Source: Cyanobacteria bacterium P01_D01_bin.156
GTDB lineage: Bacteria; Cyanobacteriota; Cyanobacteriia; Phormidesmidales; Phormidesmidaceae
Length of the DNA stretch: 64,000 nt
NCBI GenBank assembly: GCA_039024555.1
Contig: JBCCQQ010000018.1
Span: 1-64,000, forward strand
Direction: 5' to 3'
Shown here: positions 32,019 to 42,662 of the stretch, in pieces
Layout: each line of letters starts with the position of its first letter
Numbering within the stretch: the stretch's first letter is position 1
Notes under the pieces: generated by a model
What the model was told of the DNA's origin: nothing
Database searches by the model: none
What the model saw: only the letters and a program-made list of their open reading frames with translations
Position numbers and translations under genes: made by a program

Positions 32019-33590
32019 TTGTTGAAAGGAACTGAATCTGTGTATTGGAATCCTTTATCGGCCCATACGAATTTAGGGCATCGATGCTCCTGGCTGACAT
32101 CTGGTCTCTTGGGAATCTTAGGGTCAGTTTTAGTGGCATTGCCGGTAGATGCCGCTAACCTTCAGTTTTGGCGTTTTGACCAGCAACAGAATCGTTTATC
32201 GTTTACAACCGATACCCAGGTTCGTCCTACAGCTCAGTTGATTTTTAACCCTACTCGTCTGGTGATTGATCTACCAGATACCCAGGTGACTAGTTCCACG
32301 ACCCGTCAGCGCCTAAGGTCTGGTTTACAAGAGGTGCGTGTGGGGCAGTTGGATGACCAAACGACGCGCATTGTTATTGAACTCGCCCCAGGCTATAGTC
32401 TCGATCCGCAGCAAGTCCAAGTACGGGGTGAAACAAATCGCCGTTGGTATGTACAGTTACCTGAATTAATCCGTGATGGTGCGTCTCGTTCTCCATCTAC
32501 CCCGACGACTACCCCTAGAGAACCAGAGCGTCAGGCTGTTGAGTCCACCAACCGTGTTACCCAAGCCGATACTCAAGTTGAAGGAATTCGGGCAACGGCT
32601 GACGGTTTTTTTATTCGAGTGACTGGCCAAACTCCAGAAATTAAGCTCAGTCGTTCCCGCCCTCGAGATCCGGAACGGCAAATAATCTTTGAACTTGCAA
32701 ATAGTTCGATTGCCTCTGGACTGACAATCGAGGATTTACCCAAAGATCGATATAGCGTGGAGCGTTGGGAAATTACCCAGACAGAGGCAATGGTGGTCAT
32801 TACCATGACCTTAGGGGAGGATAGTCCTGATTGGCGGATGATTGTTACTGATATCAGTGAAAATCTTCGTGGTATTTCGGTACTCCCCGATCGGGTGGCT
32901 ATTCGTGAGATTCCCGATAACCCTCCTCCTGAGGAGGACCGCCAAATATCTTCAGAGCCTAATCCTCGCCGGCCCAGCCCTCCCTCGGAACGAATTGTAC
33001 GGCCACCAGCTACATCACCGGGTGAACTACCGCGAGTTGAGCAACAGCGGGTAGTGGTCGTGATTGATCCAGGTCATGGCGGCCGTGATCCGGGAGCGGT
33101 TGGTATCGGTGGTCTCCAGGAAAAACAGGTGATTTTACCTATCTCCCAACAGGTAGCCGATATTCTACGCCAGCAGGGGGTGGATGTGGTGATGACCCGT
33201 AATCGTGATTTTGAGTTAGATCTTGAGCCAAGAGTACAGATTGCGGAAAGAGCAGATGCAGATTTCTTTGTGAGTATTCATGCTAATGCTATTAATCTGA
33301 GTCGCCCTGATGTGAATGGTTTAGAGACCTACTACTATTCTCAAGCAGGTGCGCGATTTGCTCGGACTGTGCACGATATTGTGCTGCGTACCATGGGAAT
33401 GCGGGATCGCAGGGCTCGTCAGGCAAGGTTTTATGTTTTACGGCGTACCTCAATGCCAGCCATTCTGATCGAAGTTGGGTTTGTTACGGGGGCTGAGGAT
33501 ATCCACAACTTACGCAGTCCTGAATGGCGTAGCGATATGGCCAGTGCGATCGCACGCGGCATCCTCATCCACATCCAGCGAGAACAATAG
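32019..33590 (+). CDS. AMIN-domain N-acetylmuramoyl-L-alanine amidase (AmiC-like)
   Basis: AMIN motif PTRLVIDLP, Pro-rich linker, and Amidase_3 motifs IDPGHGG..E, FVSIHAN and ILIEVGF; start uncertain. Confidence 0.92.
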   Translation: MLKGTESVYWNPLSAHTNLGHRCSWLTSGLLGILGSVLVALPVDAANLQFWRFDQQQNRLSFTTDTQVRPTAQLIFNPTRLVIDLPDTQVTSSTTRQRLRSGLQEVRVGQLDDQTTRIVIELAPGYSLDPQQVQVRGETNRRWYVQLPELIRDGASRSPSTPTTTPREPERQAVESTNRVTQADTQVEGIRATADGFFIRVTGQTPEIKLSRSRPRDPERQIIFELANSSIASGLTIEDLPKDRYSVERWEITQTEAMVVITMTLGEDSPDWRMIVTDISENLRGISVLPDRVAIREIPDNPPPEEDRQISSEPNPRRPSPPSERIVRPPATSPGELPRVEQQRVVVVIDPGHGGRDPGAVGIGGLQEKQVILPISQQVADILRQQGVDVVMTRNRDFELDLEPRVQIAERADADFFVSIHANAINLSRPDVNGLETYYYSQAGARFARTVHDIVLRTMGMRDRRARQARFYVLRRTSMPAILIEVGFVTGAEDIHNLRSPEWRSDMASAIARGILIHIQREQ

Positions 33591-33615
33591 GCTAGTGTGA
33601 ACTACCCCCTCATCG

Positions 33616-34680
33616 TTACTTGTGCTCTGGATGTTCTGTCGCCTCACAAGGTTCACCCAGAGAATTTAACTTGCGAATAAGCTGTTGCAGACGACCAAAA
33701 TCACGGTGATTAAATTGAAAAATAAGCCTTGGTAATCCTACCGTTTCATCATCTTGCTCTTCTGGCAGGGCCTCTGTTATCTCAATCTCACCAGCTGCCA
33801 CAATATCGCTAAAGGTTTGATTCAGCTCATCGATGGCCCCTGTGCGCAAACAAGAATTGAGCCGTAACACCAGACGGTCACCCACATACCGACTAGAATG
33901 AAATACTCGATAGTAATTGGTGATTTCGGTCCAAGCATCGTTGATGTTATCAGTCATCACGTAGAGGCTCGGATCATCTGGACTAATGAGACCATTCGCT
34001 AAGAGATGATCGTGTACATAGGTATTCCAACCCTGCCAATAGTTACCACCTGGATGATCAATTAAGACGATGGGCATCGGCTCAGCTTTACCTGTCTGTA
34101 CCAGTGTCAAGGACTCAAATGCTTCATCCTGAGTACCGAACCCTCCTGGAAAAACAGCTAAGGCATCACATTCCCGTAAAAAAAATAACTTACGTGTAAA
34201 AAAGTACTTGAATGTCAGTAGCTTCGGGTCATTCTCCATGATTGGGTTAGACCCCTGCTCAAATGGCAGCTGAATATTAAGCCCAAAAGAATGCTCAGCT
34301 CCGGCCCCCTCATTGCCTGCTTCCATAATACCAGGGCCAGCCCCAGTCATAATCATAAATCCTTGCTTGGCAGCACGTTGGGCAAAGTCTTTTGTTAGCT
34401 GATAGTCTGGGTGCTCCGAGGGAGTACGGGCAGAACCAAAAATAGCAATCTTACGTGTATGACGGTGCGGATAAAAACCTTGGAACCCCAGTTCCATGTC
34501 CTGCAGGGTATTACTTAGGATCTTCCAATCTAAGCGATCAGCCTCTCGCCCAATCATTCTTACAAGTGTCTCTAAAATTTGTTGAATAACTCTTCCATGC
34601 TCCATAGATGGAAGCTGGGTAACAATTTCAGAAATCTTCTCTTGTAAATGAATCGGTAAATTCTCTGTAGAGGTGACCAT
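33616..34680 (-). CDS. LOG family protein (long type)
   Basis: IFGSART, TGAGPGIMEA, YFFTRK and PGGFGTQDE. Confidence 0.9.
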   Translation of the reverse strand: MVTSTENLPIHLQEKISEIVTQLPSMEHGRVIQQILETLVRMIGREADRLDWKILSNTLQDMELGFQGFYPHRHTRKIAIFGSARTPSEHPDYQLTKDFAQRAAKQGFMIMTGAGPGIMEAGNEGAGAEHSFGLNIQLPFEQGSNPIMENDPKLLTFKYFFTRKLFFLRECDALAVFPGGFGTQDEAFESLTLVQTGKAEPMPIVLIDHPGGNYWQGWNTYVHDHLLANGLISPDDPSLYVMTDNINDAWTEITNYYRVFHSSRYVGDRLVLRLNSCLRTGAIDELNQTFSDIVAAGEIEITEALPEEQDDETVGLPRLIFQFNHRDFGRLQQLIRKLNSLGEPCEATEHPEHK

Positions 34681-34916
34681 AAAGATACCAATTAATCAAA
34701 CTTTGTCAGGTTCGTGATCAAGTGGAGCTGTTAAAGCCATATAGCTGCACATTTTGGAGGCGTCAGCATTTTGTACATTGAATAACTTAGTAGCCCTTCC
34801 TCAAACAGCCCGAAGTCACCAAATTGACAATCTTTTGTTTTCGCAGGCTTAAAACTGATGCTTATGCAGTTTACCAGGGCTCTGTCTATCACGCACAGCC
34901 CCGATCCAATACATTT

Positions 34917-34954
34917 AGAAACGGTCCCAATACCTCTGTGATGAGACCGCTTCT
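34917..34954 (-). terminator. Possible terminator after trxA
   Basis: AGAAACGGTC...GACCGCTTCT imperfect stem. Confidence 0.35.
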
Positions 34955-35001
34955 AATCTCAGAAAAGCCTTGATAACTAAGCAGTTTTAACCCTTGTACC
35001 C

Positions 35002-35325
35002 CTAGAGATACTTTTCTAAAGTATTTGCCAGCGTGGTTTTAGGCACAGCACCCACCACCATGTCCACCCGTTGGCCATCCTTGAAAATCATTAGAGTAGG
35101 AATACTACGAATTCCATACTGGCTGGCGACCTTAGGATTATCATCCGTATTTACTTTAACAACCTTAACCTTGCCATCGTACTGTTCAGAAATTTCATCT
35201 ACCACGGGGGCAACCATTCGGCAAGGACCACACCAAGGGGCCCAGAAGTCTACGAGCACCGGTAGCTCGCTGTTGAGAACTTCTTGTTCGAATGTCGAAT
35301 CTGTGACTTGTGCGGCTGCTGACAT
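35002..35325 (-). CDS. trxA: Thioredoxin (m-type)
   Basis: WAPWCGPC and RSIPTL; start at MSAAAQV. Confidence 0.97.
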   Translation of the reverse strand: MSAAAQVTDSTFEQEVLNSELPVLVDFWAPWCGPCRMVAPVVDEISEQYDGKVKVVKVNTDDNPKVASQYGIRSIPTLMIFKDGQRVDMVVGAVPKTTLANTLEKYL

Positions 35326-35437
35326 CCCTATGTTCCTTGTCATCAAATATTAGATTCTTACAATAGCTGATTTTGGGTTGCCTCTCATACTGTGGAAGGG
35401 AAAAATCAACCTTAAGAATGAAGTGCTAATGCATACA

Positions 35438-35510
35438 GGAACCGCCTAGACCGATTCGGTCTAGGCGGAGTGTGGTGTGAGGAGTGAACGGAAACTTCCG
35501 TCTCCGCTTT
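35438..35510 (-). ncRNA. yfr1: Yfr1 small RNA
   Basis: Invariant ACUCCUCACAC motif (35485-35475) between a 5' hairpin and a 3' hairpin (CCGCCTAGACCGA-A-TCGGTCTAGGCGG); canonical guaB-trxA location; TACAAT -10 at 35523-35518. Confidence 0.93.
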
Positions 35511-35575
35511 CAGTCCTATTGTATGTCAAGTCTTAGGTTTTGCCATCCCCTAAAATCCAGGTATGGCAAGGATTT

Positions 35576-35615
35576 TAAGTTTTGTTTTCTTACAGTGACG
35601 AGAAAACAAAACTTA
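35576..35615. terminator. 15-bp inverted repeat downstream of guaB
   Basis: TAAGTTTTGTTTTCT-N10-AGAAAACAAAACTTA. Confidence 0.45.
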
Positions 35616-35728
35616 GTGACTTAAGTGACGTTAAAGATTCGGTATCAGATACTTAACTAACCTAGAGTTCATAAATGACAACATTTATTATTGCGGTGTT
35701 ACCACTTGTTTGTTTAGGTTAGAGCGAG

Positions 35729-36892
35729 TTATTTGCCCATACCGAGTTGTTGCGCCTTTTGATAAACCTTGCCTTCTGTAAGTAGTGATGGTGCGATGAC
35801 AATGTCTACCTGCTGCATATCCTTTAAATCCTTGGCCCCTAAAGTACCCATGCTAGTTTTCAGTGCGCCTAATAGGTTATGGGTTCCATCATCAAGCTGA
35901 GCAGGACCTCTTAGGATTTGCTGGAGACTCCCGGTGGTCCCTACCTGAATCCGAGTGCCTCTGGGTAACACAGGGCTAGGAGTTGCCATGCCCCAATGAA
36001 AACCGCGACCGGGGGCTTCAGCAGCACGAGCGAAAGGCGAACCAATCATCACAGCATCTGCACCAGAAGCGATGGATTTGCAGATATCACCACCGGTAAC
36101 TAACCCACCATCTGCAATAATCGGAATATATCGACCACTTTCACGCTGATAGTCATCTCGCGCAGCTGCGCAATCAGATACGGCTGTAGCTTGCGGGACA
36201 CCAACACCTAAAACACCCCGAGAGGTGCAAGCTGCACCAGGCCCAATTCCTATCAGGACCCCAGCAGCGCCAGCTCGCATTAATTCAAGCGTGACTTCAT
36301 AGGTGACACAGTTACCTAAAATGACGGGCATAGGCATAGATTTGCAAAACTCTGTCAAGTCAAGAGGGGTGATTTCTTGGGGGGACAAGTGGTTGGTTGA
36401 CACCACAGTGGCTTGTACGAATACCAGGTCAGCTTGGGCGGTTGCTACAACTTCTCCATATTTTGCAGCACCCATAGGGGTGAGACTGACAGCGGCAATG
36501 CCCCCTTGAGCTTTTATATCTGTGATTCGTTTTTTAATTAATTCTGGTTGCACAGGCTGGGCGTAGATTTCTTGCATCAAAGGAACAAACTCTGCCTTGC
36601 CCACTGCTGCAATTCGATCCAAAACAGGGTTGGGGTCATCGTAGCGGGTTTGAATTCCTTCTAAATTAAGAACGCCAAGTGCTCCTAACTTGGCCAGCTC
36701 CACAGCCATTTTTACATCTACTACGCCATCCATTGCACTGGCAATAATAGGAATTTCACGTTCTATGTTCCCAAGCGTCCAACGAGTATCCGCAAGTTTA
36801 GGATCTAGGGTTTTCGGTCCAGGTACTAATGCGATTTCATCGATACCATAGGCACGCCTTGCTGTTTTGCCACGACCAAGTTGAATACTCAC
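35729..36892 (-). CDS. guaB: IMP dehydrogenase (GuaB3-type, no CBS domains)
   Basis: ASAMDGVV, GIGPGAACTSR catalytic loop, IIADGG and MIGSPFA. Confidence 0.93.
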   Translation of the reverse strand: MSIQLGRGKTARRAYGIDEIALVPGPKTLDPKLADTRWTLGNIEREIPIIASAMDGVVDVKMAVELAKLGALGVLNLEGIQTRYDDPNPVLDRIAAVGKAEFVPLMQEIYAQPVQPELIKKRITDIKAQGGIAAVSLTPMGAAKYGEVVATAQADLVFVQATVVSTNHLSPQEITPLDLTEFCKSMPMPVILGNCVTYEVTLELMRAGAAGVLIGIGPGAACTSRGVLGVGVPQATAVSDCAAARDDYQRESGRYIPIIADGGLVTGGDICKSIASGADAVMIGSPFARAAEAPGRGFHWGMATPSPVLPRGTRIQVGTTGSLQQILRGPAQLDDGTHNLLGALKTSMGTLGAKDLKDMQQVDIVIAPSLLTEGKVYQKAQQLGMGK

Positions 36893-37371
36893 TGATTTCT
36901 CCTTCCCAAGATCATTAGGCTAGCCTAGCAAAGAAAGAAATCGATACTCAATTGATTGTTAGTTAGTGGGTTAGGAATTTAGCTAAGAGAATATTACTAG
37001 GATTTGGATTAGGGGCTTTAGCCCTTGGTCATGGCAAGTTCGAGTTGTTGTCTGATTATTCTCCATAGGCAATAAAAGAGTGTATTTTTGACTGTTGCTG
37101 AAGCTTGTCAAAAATATCTCGTAGAATACTGCCCGCCTTTTTGTCGTTGTAGGCTCCCTTGTTCAGGGATGTTGGTCGGTCTCGGATTTATGAGAACAAT
37201 GTCTTGGGCAATGTAGGTAATGTAGTCAGACAGCTCTGCGACTCCATAGTTTTAGCTTGCCAAAGCTGTCGGTCATTGTTTGGTCTAATCTAGAGAGAGC
37301 AAGCTGCGAATTCCCATATCTTCAGGCAAAGCCTGGCTTGAACTTTTACTAACGATTTGTAAGCAATAACC

Positions 37372-38079
37372 GTGAATTTATCTTCACTCAAGTTTTTTCG
37401 TAATCTGCGTGCGAACAATCGCCAGTTTGCAGTAATTGGTTTAGGTCGATTTGGACGAGCTGTTTGTCTGACCCTCCACGGCATGGGATATGAGGTCCTA
37501 GGAATTGACTCCGATGAGAATCGTGTGGCGCAGGTGTTGACTGATCAGATTGCTGCTCATGCGGTGCAGCTTGATTCTACTCAACCTTCGGCACTGCAAG
37601 AGGCTGGTATTCCTGACTTTGATACGGTGATTGTGGCGATTGGTAATTATATTCAAGAGAGCATTATTACGACTCTCAATGTCAAGGAGGCGGGTGTAGC
37701 TAATGTAGTGGCTAAAGCTTCCACAGAAATCCATGGCAAACTGCTGCAACGAGTGGGGGCTGACCATGTTGTGTTTCCAGAGTTTGAAATGGGTTGTGAA
37801 TTAGCAAGATCGCTCACCCGCCCAGGTGTGTTGGATCGGTTTGAACTGGATCCAGATCACAGCATTGTGGAGGTAGTGGTACCCCAAGCATTTGATGGCA
37901 AAACCATTGTGGAACTGGATCTGCGAAACCACTATGGTTTAACTTTGATGGCCATCAGCAAAGAGAATGCGCTGGATAAATTCGAAATTAATCCGAGTCC
38001 GGTGACTCGTCTCAAGGCAGGTTCCCTAATGGTAGTGGTGGGGGCTAATAAAGGAATTGACAAACTTCCAACGGTTTAA
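37372..38079 (+). CDS. TrkA/KtrA potassium uptake regulatory subunit
   Basis: VIGLGRFG RCK_N motif, GADHVVFPE and an RCK_C domain. Confidence 0.93.
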   Translation: MNLSSLKFFRNLRANNRQFAVIGLGRFGRAVCLTLHGMGYEVLGIDSDENRVAQVLTDQIAAHAVQLDSTQPSALQEAGIPDFDTVIVAIGNYIQESIITTLNVKEAGVANVVAKASTEIHGKLLQRVGADHVVFPEFEMGCELARSLTRPGVLDRFELDPDHSIVEVVVPQAFDGKTIVELDLRNHYGLTLMAISKENALDKFEINPSPVTRLKAGSLMVVVGANKGIDKLPTV

Positions 38080-38081
38080 CT

Positions 38082-39224
38082 ATGAAAGTTATTGGCCTGA
38101 TGAGTGGTACATCTGTTGATGGTATCGATGCGGCTTTGGTGGATGTTACGGGGACAGGCTATGCAGTTCGGGCTGATGTTATATCGACTCAAACAGTTGA
38201 TTACCCCCCGGCTTTACGTCAGCGTATTCTAGATGTATGTGCTGGTCAGTCTTTAGCCATGGCTGAAGTGGCTACATTGGATGATGATATTGCGATCGCA
38301 TTTTCTCAGGCTGCTCATCAGCTTGCCCCCGCTGATTTGATTGCATCTCACGGCCAGACTATCTATCATCGTTCTCCCACGAATTCCCAGTTGGGATATA
38401 GTTGGCAGCTGGGTCGAGGCGAGTTGATTGCGCAATTAACTCAAATAGAGACTATTAGTAATTTTCGGCAGGCCGATATTGCGGCAGGAGGCCAGGGTGC
38501 ACCACTAGTTTCTCCAGTAGATGCTAGTCTTCTTAGTCATCCTGAGAAACATCGCTGTGTGCAAAATATTGGAGGCATTAGCAATCTCACCTATTTACCC
38601 CCGTGGGATCTTACAGGCCAACCACCATCGGGCATCGTTGGTTGGGATACTGGCCCAGGTAATGCCTTGATTGATTGGGCTGTTAATGTTTTTAGTCAAG
38701 GAAGCCTGAGATACGATCAAGATGGCTCATGGGCAGCGAAGGGAACTCCTCATGAGCCGTTAATTGACCATTGGTTAACCGAGTCATTTTTTCATCAGCC
38801 ACCACCAAAATCCACAGGGCGTGAATTATTTGGTGCAGACTATGGTCATCGCTGTTGGCAGCAAGCTCAGTCCTTAAATCTGAGCCAAGCAGATTTTCTA
38901 GCTACCCTAACAGCATTTACAGCTGCCACCATTGTTCATAGCTATCGTCAACTGCCTTGCTGTCCAGATGAAATCCTCCTGTGTGGTGGTGGGAGTCGTA
39001 ATCAATACTTACACTCCCAACTACAGCTGCGCTTACCCCAGAGCAAGCTTTTGACGACCGATCATGTGGGACTAGACAGTCAATATAAAGAAGCTATTGC
39101 CTTTGCTGTGCTGGGCTATTGGCGGCGGCAAGAGCAGCCTGGCAATCTTGTGCAAGTTACAGGGGCTAGCCAAAGCTGTTTGCTAGGCCATATGCACCCT
39201 GTGCTTAAACATGTGCCCTCCTAG
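38082..39224 (+). CDS. anmK: Anhydro-N-acetylmuramic acid kinase
   Basis: GLMSGTSVDGID, SHGQT, GGQGAPL, NIGGISN, DTGPGN, PKSTGRE and KEAIAFA. Confidence 0.96.
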   Translation: MKVIGLMSGTSVDGIDAALVDVTGTGYAVRADVISTQTVDYPPALRQRILDVCAGQSLAMAEVATLDDDIAIAFSQAAHQLAPADLIASHGQTIYHRSPTNSQLGYSWQLGRGELIAQLTQIETISNFRQADIAAGGQGAPLVSPVDASLLSHPEKHRCVQNIGGISNLTYLPPWDLTGQPPSGIVGWDTGPGNALIDWAVNVFSQGSLRYDQDGSWAAKGTPHEPLIDHWLTESFFHQPPPKSTGRELFGADYGHRCWQQAQSLNLSQADFLATLTAFTAATIVHSYRQLPCCPDEILLCGGGSRNQYLHSQLQLRLPQSKLLTTDHVGLDSQYKEAIAFAVLGYWRRQEQPGNLVQVTGASQSCLLGHMHPVLKHVPS

Positions 39225-39240
39225 TTTGTCGCTTTAATAA

Positions 39241-39262
39241 AACCTAAAGGCAACCTAAAGGC
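39241..39262. repeat. Tandem 11-bp direct repeat
   Basis: AACCTAAAGGC twice. Confidence 0.7.
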
Positions 39263-39503
39263 GAAAATCTTTGATTCAATTCTCAAATGATTGCTTAGAT
39301 ACCGTGAGTGGCTACAGCTATACGTAGGGGCATGTTGCATGTATCTAGCAACCGATCATATTCCAGTACATTACAGTAGCAATACCCCAAGCTCTTCATC
39401 TATCCTGTGGAGAGAGTAGTGCAATATTATTAAGGCCCTGCATAACTCATCCATTTGCTCAGTTCCAGCAGCAGCTACTGTCATAGACCATTAGGGAGAA
39501 GAG

Positions 39504-39950
39504 GTGAACCACAGTTTTCTAATAGAGCCAGGGCGTTGGATCCTTAACGGTAACTGGATAGCACAGGATTTACTTCCGATAACTGTTAAGGGCAAAATCC
39601 TAGTTGCCTGGAATAGAACTGATTGGTTCACTATGGTTACGAAATTGGTCTTCCCTAATGGGGAATTGGATGATGTTGCCCTCCAGTATAAAGGCCGTCT
39701 TGCTGTTGGTAACCGTCAGTATACCTTTGTGCTACAGCATAGTGTGCTAGGCCGTGTAGAAGGCGAGGGATGGATTGCTCCAGACTCAATTGTTCAGCAA
39801 TATTGGGCGTTGAAAGATCGTCAAATGCGTACTGGCTTCGAAACGCTTTATCGTCTTAGTTCTACCAAGTATCACTTTTCTGGAGGTATTATTGCGGGGC
39901 ATCATTTAACCAGCACTATGGAAGCAGTTGTCGAACGTTATTCGAGATAA
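39504..39950 (+). CDS. Conserved hypothetical protein (beta-strand rich)
   Basis: 148-aa ORF, GTG start after AGGGAG, protein-like composition. Confidence 0.75.
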   Translation: MNHSFLIEPGRWILNGNWIAQDLLPITVKGKILVAWNRTDWFTMVTKLVFPNGELDDVALQYKGRLAVGNRQYTFVLQHSVLGRVEGEGWIAPDSIVQQYWALKDRQMRTGFETLYRLSSTKYHFSGGIIAGHHLTSTMEAVVERYSR

Positions 39951-40157
39951 GCGATTAGAACGCCCTCTTTGTCTAGCCCTTAACCTTAGAGAGTGATGGC
40001 TGCTTCAATATTACAAATCTCTTGAATCGATTTCGTACGTTAGCATAGGGCATTAATCGAACCTGTACTTTACGGAATAGACTTCTGCTATAGCCAGCAA
40101 ACAATTCTCCCCATTACATCTACTACCTGATTTAATTTTGTAGAATCGCAGTGTTAC

Positions 40158-41684
40158 ATGCCAGACAACTATTTCGGTCGTAAACTTGCTAATCGCTACG
40201 AACTCATGGAGTCCATCGGTCAAGGTTCCATGGGGAAAGTTTACCTAGCCGAAGACATGTTGCTTGGAGGTGTGCGAGTTGCGGTCAAGTTTCTCGCTCA
40301 AACGTTGCTCAATGAGCAAATGACTCAGCGTTTCATGCGAGAAGCGATGACCTGTGCTCAGCTCGGGAATAACAGTATCAATGTGGTCAGAGTAACAGAC
40401 TACGGTGTTACGGATGACGAAATTCCCTTCTACGTTATGGAGTACCTGAAGGGGCAAAATCTAGGACAAATTCTTCATCCTCATCCGTTGCCGCTAGTGA
40501 GGTTTCTGGATTTTACTCGGCAAATTTGTCTAGGTTTAGAAACGGCTCACAAGGGGATTGTCCTCAACGGTCAAGTGATTCCCATCATTCATCGGGACAT
40601 TAAACCCAGCAATATTTTAGTTACCCACAGCACTAGCGTGGGAGAACTCGTGAAAATTCTGGATTTTGGCATTGCCAAATTTATGCAAGCTGATAATGGT
40701 GAGCAAACCAGCAGCTTTATGGGGACGTTAGCCTACGCGTCTCCCGAGCAAATGGAGGGTTTAGAACTCGATAGGCGCTCTGATATTTACAGTCTGGGAG
40801 TAATGATGTATCAGATGCTCACAGGGCGTTTACCGTTTCGGCCTAGTAATAATACATTTGGTGGCTGGTATAAATCTCATCGTTCCCAGGAACCTGCGCC
40901 GTTGGATGGTTTAACCTACAGCACGTTACCTAAATTGCTCAAGGATACGGTAATGGCTTGTCTGGCTAAGGATCGGGTTCAGCGTCCAGACACGATTAGT
41001 CAGCTTCTTGAGCATTTGGCCCCCCTAGAAACTCGTTTGGGACCTTCTATTGAGATCAGTAAACACATTCGCAGTACGTTAAGAGATACGCCAGTTAAGT
41101 CTAAGGCTGATGAAACCGAGCTGCCTACGGGGTCTGAGGAAGATCGGTTTTGTCGACTACAAATTTGGCCGCAGGATGCTCCTGTTGCAGAAATTGTGTT
41201 TCCAAAGCTGTTGTCAATGAGTACTTGCCAATTGCCAACACTCTGGGCGATGTTGAGCTCCCTAGAAATTGAGCAGCGGATTAAAAATACAAGTGCCAAC
41301 AATTTTTTGTGTGTGCGTAATCCCTATCCAATGGTCCTATGGTTAACGGCGTTTTACAGTAAAACCCAGGGTGCTCGTTGGCTGTCAAGTTATCTGGATC
41401 TTAAAAATTCTGGTACTCAAAAGTTTCTATGGTGTTTGGGGGATGCAGGATTTTATCGAATACTTTTTTTTGCTAAGGAAACTCCAAACCAATTTGTAAA
41501 TTTCAGGCGACTGAATATTGCTGCTCCCCAACAAAAGCTTTTGAAAGAATGGGTGCTGATGGCACGCAACATTATGCCCATTGGTAACGCGCAGGATAGC
41601 AAAAACATCCTTAAAAAAGAGCTTAATGAAAATTTGAAGCCCAGAATGATGTTAAGTTTTGAAGCAATGCATTCTTCGCCATAG
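40158..41684 (+). CDS. Hanks-type Ser/Thr protein kinase (possibly SpkA-like)
   Basis: IGQGSMGKVY, VAVK, HRDIKPSN, DFG, SPE and SDIYSLG; soluble C-terminal domain. Confidence 0.93.
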   Translation: MPDNYFGRKLANRYELMESIGQGSMGKVYLAEDMLLGGVRVAVKFLAQTLLNEQMTQRFMREAMTCAQLGNNSINVVRVTDYGVTDDEIPFYVMEYLKGQNLGQILHPHPLPLVRFLDFTRQICLGLETAHKGIVLNGQVIPIIHRDIKPSNILVTHSTSVGELVKILDFGIAKFMQADNGEQTSSFMGTLAYASPEQMEGLELDRRSDIYSLGVMMYQMLTGRLPFRPSNNTFGGWYKSHRSQEPAPLDGLTYSTLPKLLKDTVMACLAKDRVQRPDTISQLLEHLAPLETRLGPSIEISKHIRSTLRDTPVKSKADETELPTGSEEDRFCRLQIWPQDAPVAEIVFPKLLSMSTCQLPTLWAMLSSLEIEQRIKNTSANNFLCVRNPYPMVLWLTAFYSKTQGARWLSSYLDLKNSGTQKFLWCLGDAGFYRILFFAKETPNQFVNFRRLNIAAPQQKLLKEWVLMARNIMPIGNAQDSKNILKKELNENLKPRMMLSFEAMHSSP

Positions 41685-41715
41685 CTCATGGTTAGGTCCA
41701 GTAATCACCGCCGCA

Positions 41716-42585
41716 TTAATTTGAGCTAGGAAAGTGAATAACTGGGTGCCAACTTGAGCGCAGTAAAGCACTGGCAAAGCTCGGTATAGACCATTGAAGG
41801 ATTCCTTTGGACTTACCAGAGGAAATTGCGATCGCAGAAATATCATTGCTCTCGGCTGATTTAAGCACTTCCGGCTGTGGATCGCCTTGTCGAATTTCCG
41901 TAAATACTTCGATACCTACTGACTCTAGTTCAGCCTTAGCCTGCGCTAACGAGTTGTTGATTGTTTCTTCTGAATCCCGTAGCTCCACACGAATACACTC
42001 ATCAATCACCCAACACAGAGTACATTGCCGGGGAGAGTGATTGCCTTGAGCAGCTGCTTTGATTTGTGAAACTAAGTGCTGTGCACTGTCACTACCATCA
42101 AAAGGTACTAGCAGATGGTCGAACAACGTTTGGCAGCGTAATGCTAATTCTTGTGTCCGGTATGTAGACACTAATTGTGGTCGTAATATTACCAGGGGAA
42201 TCCTGAGTTTTTGGGCGATTCCCATAGTGGTACTACCAAAAATCTTTTCGGTTAGTAGTGAGCGAGTGGGGGTCCCTAAAATTAATACGTCTGCGCTATG
42301 GCAACGAGCGACCTTATCGATGTTGTCGATGACTCGTCCAGAGCGTACATCGACTACTGCAGATTTTCCATTGGGAAGACTAGCATTCTTGGCCTTTCCC
42401 AATATTTCTTCTGCTTCTACGATCTCAGTTTCATCTATCTTAGGTATTTCACGCTCAGTTGTAATCGAGACATTATGAAAGAACACCACTCGATCTAGGC
42501 CAGATTGAACCAAATCAGGCACAAAGCTTACCAGCCGTTGAAGGCTGTCATTAAGGTCAGTACAAACCAGTGCACACTTAAACAT
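41716..42585 (-). CDS. Tandem-domain universal stress protein
   Basis: LVCTDL, IFGSTT, LLVPFDGS and GDP; two USP repeats. Confidence 0.88.
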   Translation of the reverse strand: MFKCALVCTDLNDSLQRLVSFVPDLVQSGLDRVVFFHNVSITTEREIPKIDETEIVEAEEILGKAKNASLPNGKSAVVDVRSGRVIDNIDKVARCHSADVLILGTPTRSLLTEKIFGSTTMGIAQKLRIPLVILRPQLVSTYRTQELALRCQTLFDHLLVPFDGSDSAQHLVSQIKAAAQGNHSPRQCTLCWVIDECIRVELRDSEETINNSLAQAKAELESVGIEVFTEIRQGDPQPEVLKSAESNDISAIAISSGKSKGILQWSIPSFASALLRSSWHPVIHFPSSN

Positions 42586-42662
42586 TTAGCACGATTCTCC
42601 TGTCACACGCTGGCCCGCAATAGCTTAGGCCGACTGGTTATTATCGGTAGCCAAAAAACAAG

